Shown here piece after piece: positions 27,441-36,976 of a DNA stretch of 42,947 nt (within the stretch, counting starts at the first letter, position 1; each line of letters begins with the position of its first letter). The position numbers and the translations under genes are program-made. This DNA is from Patescibacteria group bacterium UBA2196 (GTDB lineage: Bacteria; Patescibacteriota; Patescibacteriia; UBA2196). The stretch is taken from assembly GCA_002328025.1 (NCBI GenBank), contig DCVE01000002.1:1-42947 (forward strand). The letters are read 5' to 3'. The notes below the pieces were generated by a model. The model was not told the origin of the DNA. It made no database searches and saw nothing but the letters and a program-made list of their open reading frames with translations.

Positions 27441-29459
27441 ATGAAAAAATTGCTTTACAAAAATTATTTTTGGTTTGTTTTAATTTTTGCTATTTCGCTT
27501 ACGGTTTATATCTCCACACTTTGCCCGACCATTTATCTGGAAGATTCAGCCGAGTTTGTAACTGTGGCAAAAACTTTAGGCATTGCACACCCCTCTGGCT
27601 ACCCACTTTATATTTTGGTGGGTAAACTTTTTACTTTTTTGCCTTTTGGCAGCCCAGCTTTTCAGGTCAACTTGATGAGTGCTTTTTTTGGTAGTTTGAC
27701 CAGCGCTTTTTTATTTTTAATTTTGCAAAGGATTATTCGTTATTTTCATAAAAAAAAGTCGTCGGTAAAAAATATTTTTATTTTAGAATATTTAATACCA
27801 GCCATTAGTGCTTTAATTTTTGCTTTTACTGTTACTTTTTGGTCGCAAAGTGTGGTGGCCGAGGTTTATACCCTAAACACTTTTTTTTTGGTGGTAATTT
27901 TTTATTTATTGTTGGTGTGGCAAGAAAAAATGCAGATATATAAAAGCCATTATACCGAGCCATATAATTCTGAACGCAGCGATGGAATCCCAGCGTTTGA
28001 TGAACAGAACGATGATAAGAAGATAGAGAAAATTAAAGACAAAGCTGATAAAATCTTGCTGTTGTGCGTCTTTTTATTTGGTCTTTCACTTGCTAATCAT
28101 CAAATGATGATACTTTTTGCTCCAACTTTTTTTCTGTTTGTTATCTTAAATTATTGGAGAGTTATTAAAGATTACAAACTTATTTTAGCATGCGCTTTTG
28201 TGTTTTTTTTAGGCCTTTCGCTCTATCTATATTTGCCCATTCGGGCTTATCAAAACCCAGCTTTTAATTGGGGTAATCCACAAAACGTGGAAGGTTTTAA
28301 AAATCAGATTTTACGTTTGCAATATAATGATTTAAAATTTTCAACCGCTAAAATTTTTGATGCTAAAAAATTACCACTCATTGATTCTTTCTTCCAAGAA
28401 ATTTTAGCGCAATTTACTTTTGTGGGCGCTATTATAGCTTTTGTTGGTTTTTTGGTTTTATATTTTAAAGATAAAAAGATATTTTTGTTAATCTTGGGCA
28501 TTTTTTTAAGTAACAGCTTGTTGATTATTTTGTTGCGTGCTACGGAATATTCTGCTATGAATGAATTTTTTTTTCGGGTCTATTATCTGCCAGCTTTTAT
28601 AATGGTGGCTATTTTTTTGGCTTTAGGTTTATGGTTTATCCTGCTTTTTGCCTGTCGAGTGGTGGATAAATTTAAAAACCCAATACACTCACTGGTCTTG
28701 GGGGTGATAATTTTATTGCTTATTTTTTTACCAGGGTCGTTTTTGCTTAATAATTGGCGATTAAATGATAGAAGTGATTTTTGGTTACTCAATGATTGGG
28801 CCAGAGCCACTTTAAACAGTCTGGATAAAAATGCATATTTTTTAATTTATAATGACCAGCCGGCGTTGGACAGTATGATTTTTTCTTTGTACTACATGCA
28901 GGCAGTGGAGCACTTAAGAACAGATGTAAGGTTGATTGGCATTGCCGGCATTCGGGGTATTTTTTACAACATATCATATTATGAAGGCATGGAAGATTTT
29001 TTTAAGTGGACCGAACCAGAACAGCGTACTAAATTGGCTGCTTATTTGTGGAACACGGCACAAAAAGACAGTCATAAGTCAGCTTATCTTCTGTACCCAT
29101 TAAATAAAAGCGCTGACGACGGTCTGGTTACGCGTTCTAATGGTTTGGTTTATAAAATATATAAAAATTTAGATGAGGCCAAGAAAGCTAAAGCCGCACC
29201 CGAGCGTCTGTATAATTTTAGAAATATTGTCTATCAGCCCCTGGAGTTCAACGTTTATTACAGCGATTTTATTTCCGATTATTTTTTGGCCCAAAGTTGT
29301 TACTATATGGAAACTGGTTATGAAGACCGAGCTGTTGATTTATTGATTTCAGCCATAAAGTACGATGCTTCACCAACCTCACTTAACTACCAAAGCTATA
29401 TTAGTCATCGTGGTTTGTGGTTGGGAGAAACGGGAAATGAGAAGTCATTTAAAAAATAG
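27441..29459 (+). CDS. DUF2723 / TMEM260-like GT-C glycosyltransferase (putative protein O-mannosyltransferase)
   Basis: EDSAEF...LGIAHPSGYPLY, WSQSVVAEVY, GLSLANH, YLYLPIRA..P.FNWGNP; multiple TM segments. Confidence 0.9.
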   Translation: MKKLLYKNYFWFVLIFAISLTVYISTLCPTIYLEDSAEFVTVAKTLGIAHPSGYPLYILVGKLFTFLPFGSPAFQVNLMSAFFGSLTSAFLFLILQRIIRYFHKKKSSVKNIFILEYLIPAISALIFAFTVTFWSQSVVAEVYTLNTFFLVVIFYLLLVWQEKMQIYKSHYTEPYNSERSDGIPAFDEQNDDKKIEKIKDKADKILLLCVFLFGLSLANHQMMILFAPTFFLFVILNYWRVIKDYKLILACAFVFFLGLSLYLYLPIRAYQNPAFNWGNPQNVEGFKNQILRLQYNDLKFSTAKIFDAKKLPLIDSFFQEILAQFTFVGAIIAFVGFLVLYFKDKKIFLLILGIFLSNSLLIILLRATEYSAMNEFFFRVYYLPAFIMVAIFLALGLWFILLFACRVVDKFKNPIHSLVLGVIILLLIFLPGSFLLNNWRLNDRSDFWLLNDWARATLNSLDKNAYFLIYNDQPALDSMIFSLYYMQAVEHLRTDVRLIGIAGIRGIFYNISYYEGMEDFFKWTEPEQRTKLAAYLWNTAQKDSHKSAYLLYPLNKSADDGLVTRSNGLVYKIYKNLDEAKKAKAAPERLYNFRNIVYQPLEFNVYYSDFISDYFLAQSCYYMETGYEDRAVDLLISAIKYDASPTSLNYQSYISHRGLWLGETGNEKSFKK

Positions 29460-29469
29460 CCAGTTATTT

Positions 29470-30219
29470 ATGTCACAAAAATATCCTGATAAAAAAATTA
29501 TTGCTGTTTTACCGGCTTATAATGCTGAAAAAACATTATTAAAAACTTTAAACGATATACCGGCGGGTTGGGTTGATGAAATAATTTTAGTTGACGATCA
29601 AAGTTTTGATCGTACCGTTGAGTTGGCGCGTGGTCAGGGTTTGATTGTTTTTGAACATGAAAAAAATTTGGGCTATGGCGCCAATCAAAAAACTTGTTAT
29701 GCCGAAGCTTTAAACCGACAAGCCGATATTGTCATCATGATTCACCCAGATCATCAATATGATCCGCGCTTAGTACCCGATTTGTTATTACCTTTGTTGC
29801 GCGGTGATGCGGACGCGGTTTTTGGTTCGCGTATGATGCGTCCGGGTGGGGCACGCGAGGGTGGTATGCCGCGGTGGAAATACGTGTCGAATATTGCTTT
29901 AACCAAAATAGAAAATCTAGTTTTAGGTTTAAAGCTGACCGAATATCACTCTGGTTTTCGGGCTTATTCTGCTCAGGCTTTAAAAACAGTTAATTTTTTG
30001 GCGGCGGCCGATGGTTTTGTTTTTGATACTGAAATAATTATCCAATTAAAAATTAAAAAATTAAAAATTTTAGAAGTACCCATTAGTACACGTTATTTTA
30101 AGGAAGCCTCTATGATTGGATTTAAAAAAAGCATGCTTTATGGCCTAAGTATTTTAAAAAATTTGGGGCAGTATATTCTACAAAGTCTAAATATTATGCA
30201 GTATGATAAATTTAAATAA
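29470..30219 (+). CDS. GT2 polyprenol-phosphate glycosyltransferase (Dpm1/Ppm1-like)
   Basis: PAYN, VDDQS.D, NLGYG, HPDHQY, GSR, SGFRAY, FDTE; ATG 29470 chosen. Confidence 0.9.
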   Translation: MSQKYPDKKIIAVLPAYNAEKTLLKTLNDIPAGWVDEIILVDDQSFDRTVELARGQGLIVFEHEKNLGYGANQKTCYAEALNRQADIVIMIHPDHQYDPRLVPDLLLPLLRGDADAVFGSRMMRPGGAREGGMPRWKYVSNIALTKIENLVLGLKLTEYHSGFRAYSAQALKTVNFLAAADGFVFDTEIIIQLKIKKLKILEVPISTRYFKEASMIGFKKSMLYGLSILKNLGQYILQSLNIMQYDKFK

Positions 30220-30238
30220 AATTTTAAATCAGTGACTT

Positions 30239-31528
30239 ATGAAAAAACTTTTATCATTAGATTTAATTATCATTTTTATTTTTGGTTTTTTGTTTTTAAT
30301 GAATTGGGATCAAACCGTTATTTTTAATTTTATTGTTTTTTTTGGGTTATGCCTAGGCTATTTGTGGCTGGATAAAAAAATATTCGAAACTGCAGTTGAA
30401 GCACGTGCGGAACAACTTTGGCGTTATAAAACAATCCTTTTCTTTTCAATCATTGGTTTTTTTATTTGCGTAACTTTGATACCCAATATTTTATTGCGTC
30501 ATCAAAATCCAGACTTGCCAGTCCACGATAATGTCCAACAAATGGAGCCGGCGATTGAATTTTTATTGCAAGGCAAAAATCCTTACACAGAGAATTATTT
30601 TGGCACTGAGCTAGAAAAATCAGCTTATATTTTTACCACTCAAGGCCAGGTTTTGTTTAATCCAGCGCTTTTTCATGTTATTAAACTGCCTTTCCACATT
30701 ATTTTTTCAGTTCCTTTCCAAATTATAGCCAAGCAATTGTTTGGTTTTTATGACGAACGGATGACTTATCTTTCTCTGTTTATTATGTCTATTTTAGTTT
30801 TATTTAATTTACCAACAGATAAAAAAAATAAATTTGCGCTTACGGCTTTTTTTGTTTTCAACCCTTTATTTTTACCTTTTTTTATTTCTGGTCGCGACGA
30901 TGTTTTTGTCTTGACCTGGATAATCTTGACTATCTGGCTACTTAAAAAAAATAAAATTTTACTCTCATCTCTAACATTAGCTTTGGCCTGTACTTCCAAA
31001 CATTCGGCTTGGTTTTTGGTTCCATTTTATTATGCTTATGTTTTTTCCTCTTTACGTCCAAGTGCATCGGTTTTAGGTTTAAAATTCACACAAAAGATAA
31101 AATCAACTATCGGTAGTCTGTGGACACTTTTTAAAAGGACCTGGTTATTGCCAGTGGTTTTCATTTTAATTATTGCGCCGTTTATTGTTTGGAACCCAAT
31201 GGCTTTTTACCAAGATATTTATGCTTATCCGGCTGGTACCCTTGTAACCAGTTATCCAATCAATGGTTATGGTATCTCTGTTTTATTTTATAAATTAGGT
31301 ATTGTTGAAAAAATTACTGATTATGTGCCAATGTGGGTTTTACAGATTCCTCTTACCTTGGTGTTGTTTTATTTATTAATCAAAAAACAATTTAGTGAAA
31401 ATAATTTGTCACGCTTAGTTTTTGGTTATGGCGTGCTTATTTTGGTCTATTGGCTTTTTGCCAGATTTTTTCATGATAATTATGTTGGATTTACCAGTCA
31501 GCTTTTTTTAATTGCGTATTTTTTATAG
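30239..31528 (+). CDS. Polytopic GT-C-type glycosyltransferase (GT87-like)
   Basis: HD....A..LL.GKNPY, GRDD, ACTSK; about 10 TM segments. Confidence 0.65.
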   Translation: MKKLLSLDLIIIFIFGFLFLMNWDQTVIFNFIVFFGLCLGYLWLDKKIFETAVEARAEQLWRYKTILFFSIIGFFICVTLIPNILLRHQNPDLPVHDNVQQMEPAIEFLLQGKNPYTENYFGTELEKSAYIFTTQGQVLFNPALFHVIKLPFHIIFSVPFQIIAKQLFGFYDERMTYLSLFIMSILVLFNLPTDKKNKFALTAFFVFNPLFLPFFISGRDDVFVLTWIILTIWLLKKNKILLSSLTLALACTSKHSAWFLVPFYYAYVFSSLRPSASVLGLKFTQKIKSTIGSLWTLFKRTWLLPVVFILIIAPFIVWNPMAFYQDIYAYPAGTLVTSYPINGYGISVLFYKLGIVEKITDYVPMWVLQIPLTLVLFYLLIKKQFSENNLSRLVFGYGVLILVYWLFARFFHDNYVGFTSQLFLIAYFL

Positions 31529-31535
31529 TTGTGAG

Positions 31536-31793
31536 CTCTCCCCCTTGCTAAGGGGGGGTGGAGGGGGTCTGTATGGTATTGGAAGTAGAAGCTGATGGTT
31601 TGACTTATTGCGAACAAGAAGAATATGATAATCAAATACAAAAGTATTTGGAAGCAAAAAATATTAAGATCATAAGATTTAATAGTAATAAAGTTTTTAA
31701 AAATACAGATAATGTGGCAGAAAGAATTTATTTTATCTGTCAAGAATTAAGAAATTTACCTCCCCCCACCCCCTCCTTATGAAGGAGGGGAGT
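31536..31793. mobile_element. Degraded DUF559 endonuclease element flanked by inverted REP-like palindromes
   Basis: CTCTCCCCCTT-gct-AAGGGGGGGTGGAGGGGGT (31536..31568) and ACCTCCCCCCACCCCCTCCTT-atg-AAGGAGGGGAG (31758..31792). Confidence 0.75.
31573..31782 (+). pseudogene. C-terminal fragment of a DUF559 (Vsr-like) endonuclease
   Basis: VEADG.TY...YD....YLE...IKIIRFNS..V..N.D.V.E.I; N-terminal half absent; His of the ExDGxxH motif replaced by Tyr. Confidence 0.75.
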
Positions 31794-31802
31794 AACACGG
31801 TT

Positions 31803-32192
31803 ATGTTAAAAAAGATATTATCCATAAAATTTGTTAGGTTTTCTATTTCTGGCATGGTTGCTACCTTGGTAGACGTGCTCGTGCTTTATATTTTGGTGGA
31901 GTGGTTACACGTTTGGTATTTAATCGCTGCTACCCCTTCTTTTTTAGTTGGTTCTTTTGTTCATTTTTTGATTTCATATAACTGGGTTTTTGAGCACGAA
32001 GGTAAAATAGACTTTTGGCATAAATATTTAAAATTTACCTCTATCCACATTTTAAGCCTTGGTATTAATCTGGTTTTAATGTATCTTTTTGTCCAATTTT
32101 TACATACACATTATTTGGTCGGTAAGGCGGCAGCTGTAATTGGCAGTTTAGCTTGGAATTTTTGGGGTAATAAAAAATTTACTTTTAAATAA
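31803..32192 (+). CDS. GtrA family flippase
   Basis: FVRFSISG..ATLVD, YNWVF, WNF.GNKKFTFK; four TM segments. Confidence 0.92.
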   Translation: MLKKILSIKFVRFSISGMVATLVDVLVLYILVEWLHVWYLIAATPSFLVGSFVHFLISYNWVFEHEGKIDFWHKYLKFTSIHILSLGINLVLMYLFVQFLHTHYLVGKAAAVIGSLAWNFWGNKKFTFK

Positions 32193-32193
32193 A

Positions 32194-33081
32194 ATGATTT
32201 GTCCAGTCTGCTACAGCCAAAATGTTGTTTTAAAATATCCTTCCAATCTTAGAGAGGTGGGTCAGTTTTATCATATCACTGACGAGCGTCTAGGGGTGCA
32301 CAGTGATGTCTATCAGTGCCGAGTCTGTAATTTAGCTTGGGTGTGTGACAGTGAGACTGTGGCACGTGTAATTTCAAGCTATGAAACAGAAAATTTTGAT
32401 GAAACATATGAGAAGGAAAGAGAAAACAGAAAAAAAACAGCCAGTGTCTTGGTTGGAAAAATAAAAAAGATAAAACCACACGGCAAACTCCTTGACATTG
32501 GATGTTATTCTGGAATTTTTTTGGAAGCAGCCCAAGAAGTTGGTTATGAAATTTTTGGTATAGAAGCCTCCCGTGGCGCCCTAGCTTTGGCTAGACAAAA
32601 AATTAAGGGTGACTTGAGGGTTGGCATGGCTGAAAATATTCTTGTGGATTTTCCTGATAAAAGCTTTGACATTATTATCTTGTTTGATGTTCTGGAACAT
32701 TTGTCTAACCCACAAAAAGTTTTAACCCTGATAAAATTAAAACTCAAAGATGACGGACTTTTGGTTTTTTCTACGCCTGATTTTTCCAGCTTTCTTTCTA
32801 AAATACAGGGTAAAAATTGGCATGCTCTTTTACCACAACACCTTTTTTATTTTTCTGTAGGCAATATTAAGTTGATTCTTGCTCAAACTGGGTTTGGACT
32901 AAAAAAATATTGTTATATTGGCAGGCACTTTTCTTTTTTTTATTTATTACAGCATTATTTAAATTCTCGCGGCAGCACTGGTAAGTGGTTTTTAAAATTT
33001 GTTAAGTCTTCGGGTTTAGCCAATTTAACCATTCCGATTAATTTGTTTGATCAGCTATTAATTTTTGCTAACAAAAAATAA
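32194..33081 (+). CDS. Class I SAM-dependent methyltransferase with N-terminal Zn-binding motif
   Basis: CPVC..CRVC, LLDIGCYSG, FDVLEHL, STP, PQHLFYF. Confidence 0.9.
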   Translation: MICPVCYSQNVVLKYPSNLREVGQFYHITDERLGVHSDVYQCRVCNLAWVCDSETVARVISSYETENFDETYEKERENRKKTASVLVGKIKKIKPHGKLLDIGCYSGIFLEAAQEVGYEIFGIEASRGALALARQKIKGDLRVGMAENILVDFPDKSFDIIILFDVLEHLSNPQKVLTLIKLKLKDDGLLVFSTPDFSSFLSKIQGKNWHALLPQHLFYFSVGNIKLILAQTGFGLKKYCYIGRHFSFFYLLQHYLNSRGSTGKWFLKFVKSSGLANLTIPINLFDQLLIFANKK

Positions 33082-33082
33082 T

Positions 33083-33859
33083 ATGTTTTTGATTTATTTA
33101 TTTATTTTTATTTTTGGCCTGTGCGTTGGTTCGTTTATTAATGCCTTGGTTTATCGTCTACAGGAAAAAATGCCGTGGGTCAAGGCGCGTTCCATTTGTC
33201 CAGAATGTAAAACACAACTTAAGTGGTGGCACAACATTCCGTTGCTAAGTTTTATTATTTTGTGCGGCCGCTGTGCTTTTTGCCAAAAAAAAATCCCTTG
33301 GTCTTATCCGTTAATAGAATTTTTTACTGGAATTTTGTTTGTTATTGCCCTTATTTTTTTTGATGGGCACTATTTTAGTCTTTTTTTCCAATTTTTTACT
33401 ATTGTCGTTTTGGTGATGCTTTTTTTGTATGATTTGAAATACACTTTAATCCCAGATATAATTTCTTTACCAGCCATAGGGGTGGTCTTAATTTTTCAGC
33501 TAACGTATTTATTTTTTAGGGGTCAGCTTGAGATAAATAATTTTTTATTTATTTTCCTTTCTGCTATAATTGGAGGTGGTTGGTTTGCTGCGCAGTATTT
33601 AGTTTCGCATGGTAAGTGGGTGGGTGGAGGCGATATTCGTTTGGGAATTTTGATGGGTTTAGTTTTACCCTGGCCACACATTATTACTGGTTTGTCATTA
33701 GCTTATATTGGCGGCGCGTTTATTTCTTTACCACTTTTATTAAGTCATCGTAAAAATCTTAAATCGGAAATTGCTTTTGGTGTATTTTTGGTGCCAGCTA
33801 CCATAGTGGCATTGTGGTGGGGCGATAAAATTGTAATGTGGTATTTAAATTTAATTTAA
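33083..33859 (+). CDS. pilD: Prepilin peptidase
   Basis: GSFINAL.YR, RS.CP.C, GRC..C, YD, GGGD, AFG.FL. Confidence 0.96.
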   Translation: MFLIYLFIFIFGLCVGSFINALVYRLQEKMPWVKARSICPECKTQLKWWHNIPLLSFIILCGRCAFCQKKIPWSYPLIEFFTGILFVIALIFFDGHYFSLFFQFFTIVVLVMLFLYDLKYTLIPDIISLPAIGVVLIFQLTYLFFRGQLEINNFLFIFLSAIIGGGWFAAQYLVSHGKWVGGGDIRLGILMGLVLPWPHIITGLSLAYIGGAFISLPLLLSHRKNLKSEIAFGVFLVPATIVALWWGDKIVMWYLNLI

Positions 33860-33868
33860 ATCATTTTA

Positions 33869-34411
33869 ATGAATAATGGAAAAAATAACTTAACCGGTTT
33901 CACTGTTTTGGAGTTAGTGGTGGTGATTGGAATTATGGTGATGTTGTTGACCATTACTTTACCTAATTTTAATGGTTTTAACACCAATCAAACCGTGGAT
34001 ACTGAAGCGGACAAGCTTTTTTCTATTTTGCGCCAAGCGCAGATTTGGGCCCTGACTGGTCAGACCGTGGGTGGTGTGCATTATAATTATGGTCTGCACT
34101 TTGTTTTGTGTACATCAGGGTTAGTCTGCCAGTACACTTTGTTTTATGATATTGATAACGATAAACTTTATGATGTTGGTGAGGCTGTATCTAATGGTGA
34201 CAGGGTGTTTTTAAAAGGTGTTTATGTCCGCTATATTACGCCGGTTATCAACAACACTTTAGATATTGTTTTTAATGCGCCTCTGGGTACGATTTATTTT
34301 AATGGCAATCCCACAACCGATGAAGCTGCGATTATTATAGGAGGTCTAAACACTAGTCGCCATCGTATTATTACGGTGCGTGGTGATTCTGGACAGATTA
34401 ATATTGAGTAA
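33869..34411 (+). CDS. Minor pilin (FimT/GspH-like)
   Basis: G/FTVLELVVVIGIM; LRQAQ..A. Confidence 0.85.
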   Translation: MNNGKNNLTGFTVLELVVVIGIMVMLLTITLPNFNGFNTNQTVDTEADKLFSILRQAQIWALTGQTVGGVHYNYGLHFVLCTSGLVCQYTLFYDIDNDKLYDVGEAVSNGDRVFLKGVYVRYITPVINNTLDIVFNAPLGTIYFNGNPTTDEAAIIIGGLNTSRHRIITVRGDSGQINIE

Positions 34412-34414
34412 TTT

Positions 34415-34969
34415 ATGTATATTTTAAAAAATAGTCAGCGGGGTGTCACTTTACTAGAGACAATTTTTGCCCTAGCTGTTTTGGTGGTGGGTATTTTAGC
34501 TGTTTTGACTTTAACCACTTCTTCTATTTCTTTATCGCAATCATCCGAACAGAGCATTGTGGTTACTAATTTGGCGCGTGAAAGTTTAGAAATTGTGCGC
34601 GAAATTCGTGATTATACCAAGGGTGGTGATGTAAGCAAAATTACCGGCAGTAGTTTTTTTGATGCCAGTATGGATAAATGTTATTATGTTGATGTAAACG
34701 AAACTGGCAATTTTAAGTTGCAGACTGCTAACAGTTTTGCTTGTGCAGATCTTGATTCATTATCAACCTGTACTAATTGTTTGCTTTATAAAGATCAAAC
34801 TTCTGGCAAGTACAGTCACACTAGTGGTGGAATGGCTACAATTTTTAGACGAGCGGTGCAAATTAAATCAATTTCTGCTACAGAAAAAGAGGTTTTATCT
34901 AAAGTTGTCTGGGTTGAGCATGGACGGAGTCATGGTTTTTTGTTGGTTACAAATTTAACTGATTGGTAA
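34415..34969 (+). CDS. Minor pilin (PilV-like)
   Basis: G/VTLLETIFALAVL; LARESLE.VR.IRD; LTDW end. Confidence 0.85.
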   Translation: MYILKNSQRGVTLLETIFALAVLVVGILAVLTLTTSSISLSQSSEQSIVVTNLARESLEIVREIRDYTKGGDVSKITGSSFFDASMDKCYYVDVNETGNFKLQTANSFACADLDSLSTCTNCLLYKDQTSGKYSHTSGGMATIFRRAVQIKSISATEKEVLSKVVWVEHGRSHGFLLVTNLTDW

Positions 34970-34979
34970 AGAATAAAAA

Positions 34980-35552
34980 ATGTTTTTTTTAAGTTTAAAA
35001 TTTAAGGGCAACCATGTTCAAAAGGGGTTCACCTTGATGGAAATTTTGGTGGCCATGAGTATTTTTGTAATGGTGGCTTTGGTCAGTTTAAGTATTCATA
35101 GTTTTATCTTGCGGGCTTCACAAAAAACCATTGCTTATAATCGTGCGCAACAGGATGTACAGCTGATTATGGAATCTTTGGCAAAAAAAATTCGTACTTC
35201 GCGCGTTGATTATGCGGCCTATGTTGGTGGTGTTATAAACTCGAGTGGTGAAGATTATTTACACCTGATTGATTTGGCAGATAATGTGTATTCTTTTTTT
35301 GTGGAAAACCAAGAATTAAAAGTGCAATATGATATTGAGCCGGCACAGACAATACCATCTGATTTAATTAAAATTATTAATTTAAAATTTTATATTCAAC
35401 CCTTAAGCTATCCGTTTGATATTAATGAGCCCCCAGTAACCCAACCGAGAGTGACTGTCGTTATGCAGGTTGAGGCCACCAAGAGCGGACAAAAAGCTGG
35501 TTTTACCATCCAACAAACAGTTCCGCAAAGATCTGGCGGTCTGACGCCTTAA
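34980..35552 (+). CDS. Minor pilin (PilW/GspJ-like)
   Basis: G/FTLMEILVAMSIF; IR; QPRVTV; QQTVPQR. Confidence 0.85.
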   Translation: MFFLSLKFKGNHVQKGFTLMEILVAMSIFVMVALVSLSIHSFILRASQKTIAYNRAQQDVQLIMESLAKKIRTSRVDYAAYVGGVINSSGEDYLHLIDLADNVYSFFVENQELKVQYDIEPAQTIPSDLIKIINLKFYIQPLSYPFDINEPPVTQPRVTVVMQVEATKSGQKAGFTIQQTVPQRSGGLTP

Positions 35553-35556
35553 AACT

Positions 35557-36279
35557 ATGTTATTTTCATCAATCCAATTTAAACACCAACGTGGCGTAAC
35601 CATCCTTATTGCGATTGTTATTTTGGCATCTATAATTATTTTAGTCACAGCAGTTTCAGAATTGGTAGTGCGTTCCAGTCAGACAGCCCAAGATATTGGT
35701 TTTTCCGAGGTCGCTTATTATGCAGCTGATACAGCGGTTGAAAAAGCCCTTTACGTAGTTGAACAGGAACACAGTGTAAACAACCTTGATGCCACAAATA
35801 TTGCTTTAGCGGATATGCCTGGTGCCACCTGGTCGCGTACGGTTAGCCCTTTGACACAAACCAGCGTGGCCTGTGTTTCTGTGGCGAGTGGTTTATGTGT
35901 GAATGGTGAGCAATTAACGGTGAAACTCGCGGTTGATAAATCTTTTCAGTTAGATTTGAATTTTATCGGTTTGGATTATTCAACTGCTATTAATTTTAGA
36001 CAAAGTTTTGGCGTTCCAGCCACCTTGGTTGTTTTGGGTAAGGATGACACACAAAATACCTTTGAATTGGGTCCGGGTGTGGAGAAAATTATTGAATTAT
36101 CCAACACGGCTTTTGTGCGTATTATTAATCAAGATACAACAGGTTCGGTTGAGATTCAACTCAGTCCCTCTGGTGGTAGTAGTAATATCCCTATCGGTAT
36201 TCTTGTGCAAACAACGGGTATTTATCGAGACCAACAAAGGCAAATTCGTATGCAAAGGTTAAATTGGCAGGTTTACTAA
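35557..36279 (+). CDS. Minor pilin (PilX/GspK-like)
   Basis: QRG/VTILIAI lacking Glu5; AYYAADTAVEKAL. Confidence 0.85.
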   Translation: MLFSSIQFKHQRGVTILIAIVILASIIILVTAVSELVVRSSQTAQDIGFSEVAYYAADTAVEKALYVVEQEHSVNNLDATNIALADMPGATWSRTVSPLTQTSVACVSVASGLCVNGEQLTVKLAVDKSFQLDLNFIGLDYSTAINFRQSFGVPATLVVLGKDDTQNTFELGPGVEKIIELSNTAFVRIINQDTTGSVEIQLSPSGGSSNIPIGILVQTTGIYRDQQRQIRMQRLNWQVY

Positions 36280-36290
36280 TTTCAGTGAAC

Positions 36291-36321
36291 ATAAAACCGA
36301 CTTAGTATAAGTCGGTTTTAT
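36291..36321. terminator. Bidirectional terminator
   Basis: ATAAAACCGACTT-agtat-AAGTCGGTTTTAT between convergent genes. Confidence 0.85.
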
Positions 36322-36337
36322 ATTTTTTTAAAATATT

Positions 36338-36847
36338 TTATTTCGTTACCTGTAGTTGAATTAGGTCGGCTATGAAGGTTTCTTGGTTTTTAATATTGTT
36401 TTGGCTGAAAACAACAATGGTTTGTCCAACTTTTAAGTCTTTTAATGCCAAGTTCTTTTTCATTGGCTGTATTTTTGTAGGATCACTGTCTAAAATAGTT
36501 GGAAATTCCAGGGCGGAAATTTCTGTGTTGGCTACCACTTTTATTGTGAGTAATGAATTTTGGGTCAAGTAATTTTTATTAGCTGTGGCTTTGATGACAA
36601 TTATCTCGCCATCAATAACTGTTATCTCGCCAATATAAGAATTAACCACAGTTGGTAAATTATCATGTGTTTGTTTAATCTCTGAATTAAGATTTAAATT
36701 CACAATTTCTCTTTGCGCTAGTGATAAAATTACTACCGCGGCAACAGCAGCGATAGCGATCACCACCACAAAGGTCAGCCAAATAGGTAGTATGGTTTGT
36801 AAAATTTTTTTATTTTCGTAATTAGGCATGGGTTTTTGGGTGTTCAT
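36338..36847 (-). CDS. Hypothetical membrane-anchored small beta-barrel protein (DUF5666-like)
   Basis: Single TM; GEIT.IDG, T.I, DLKVGQTIVV. Confidence 0.65.
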   Translation of the reverse strand: MNTQKPMPNYENKKILQTILPIWLTFVVVIAIAAVAAVVILSLAQREIVNLNLNSEIKQTHDNLPTVVNSYIGEITVIDGEIIVIKATANKNYLTQNSLLTIKVVANTEISALEFPTILDSDPTKIQPMKKNLALKDLKVGQTIVVFSQNNIKNQETFIADLIQLQVTK

Positions 36848-36976
36848 ATTTTTTATTTTAAATTTTTTATAGAATTTATGGGTGTATAAATTATAACATT
36901 TTTTTATTTGTTAAGCAATAATTTAAAATATTTTGGGTGTAGATTTACCAGGGCAAAGCATTAAATAATTTTTAAA

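Noticed and set aside
18955-36279. Missing pilQ, or calling the locus a type II secretion system
   Set aside because: Absence of a secretin is expected for a monoderm-like envelope; pilM and a pilT-like gene indicate type IV pili
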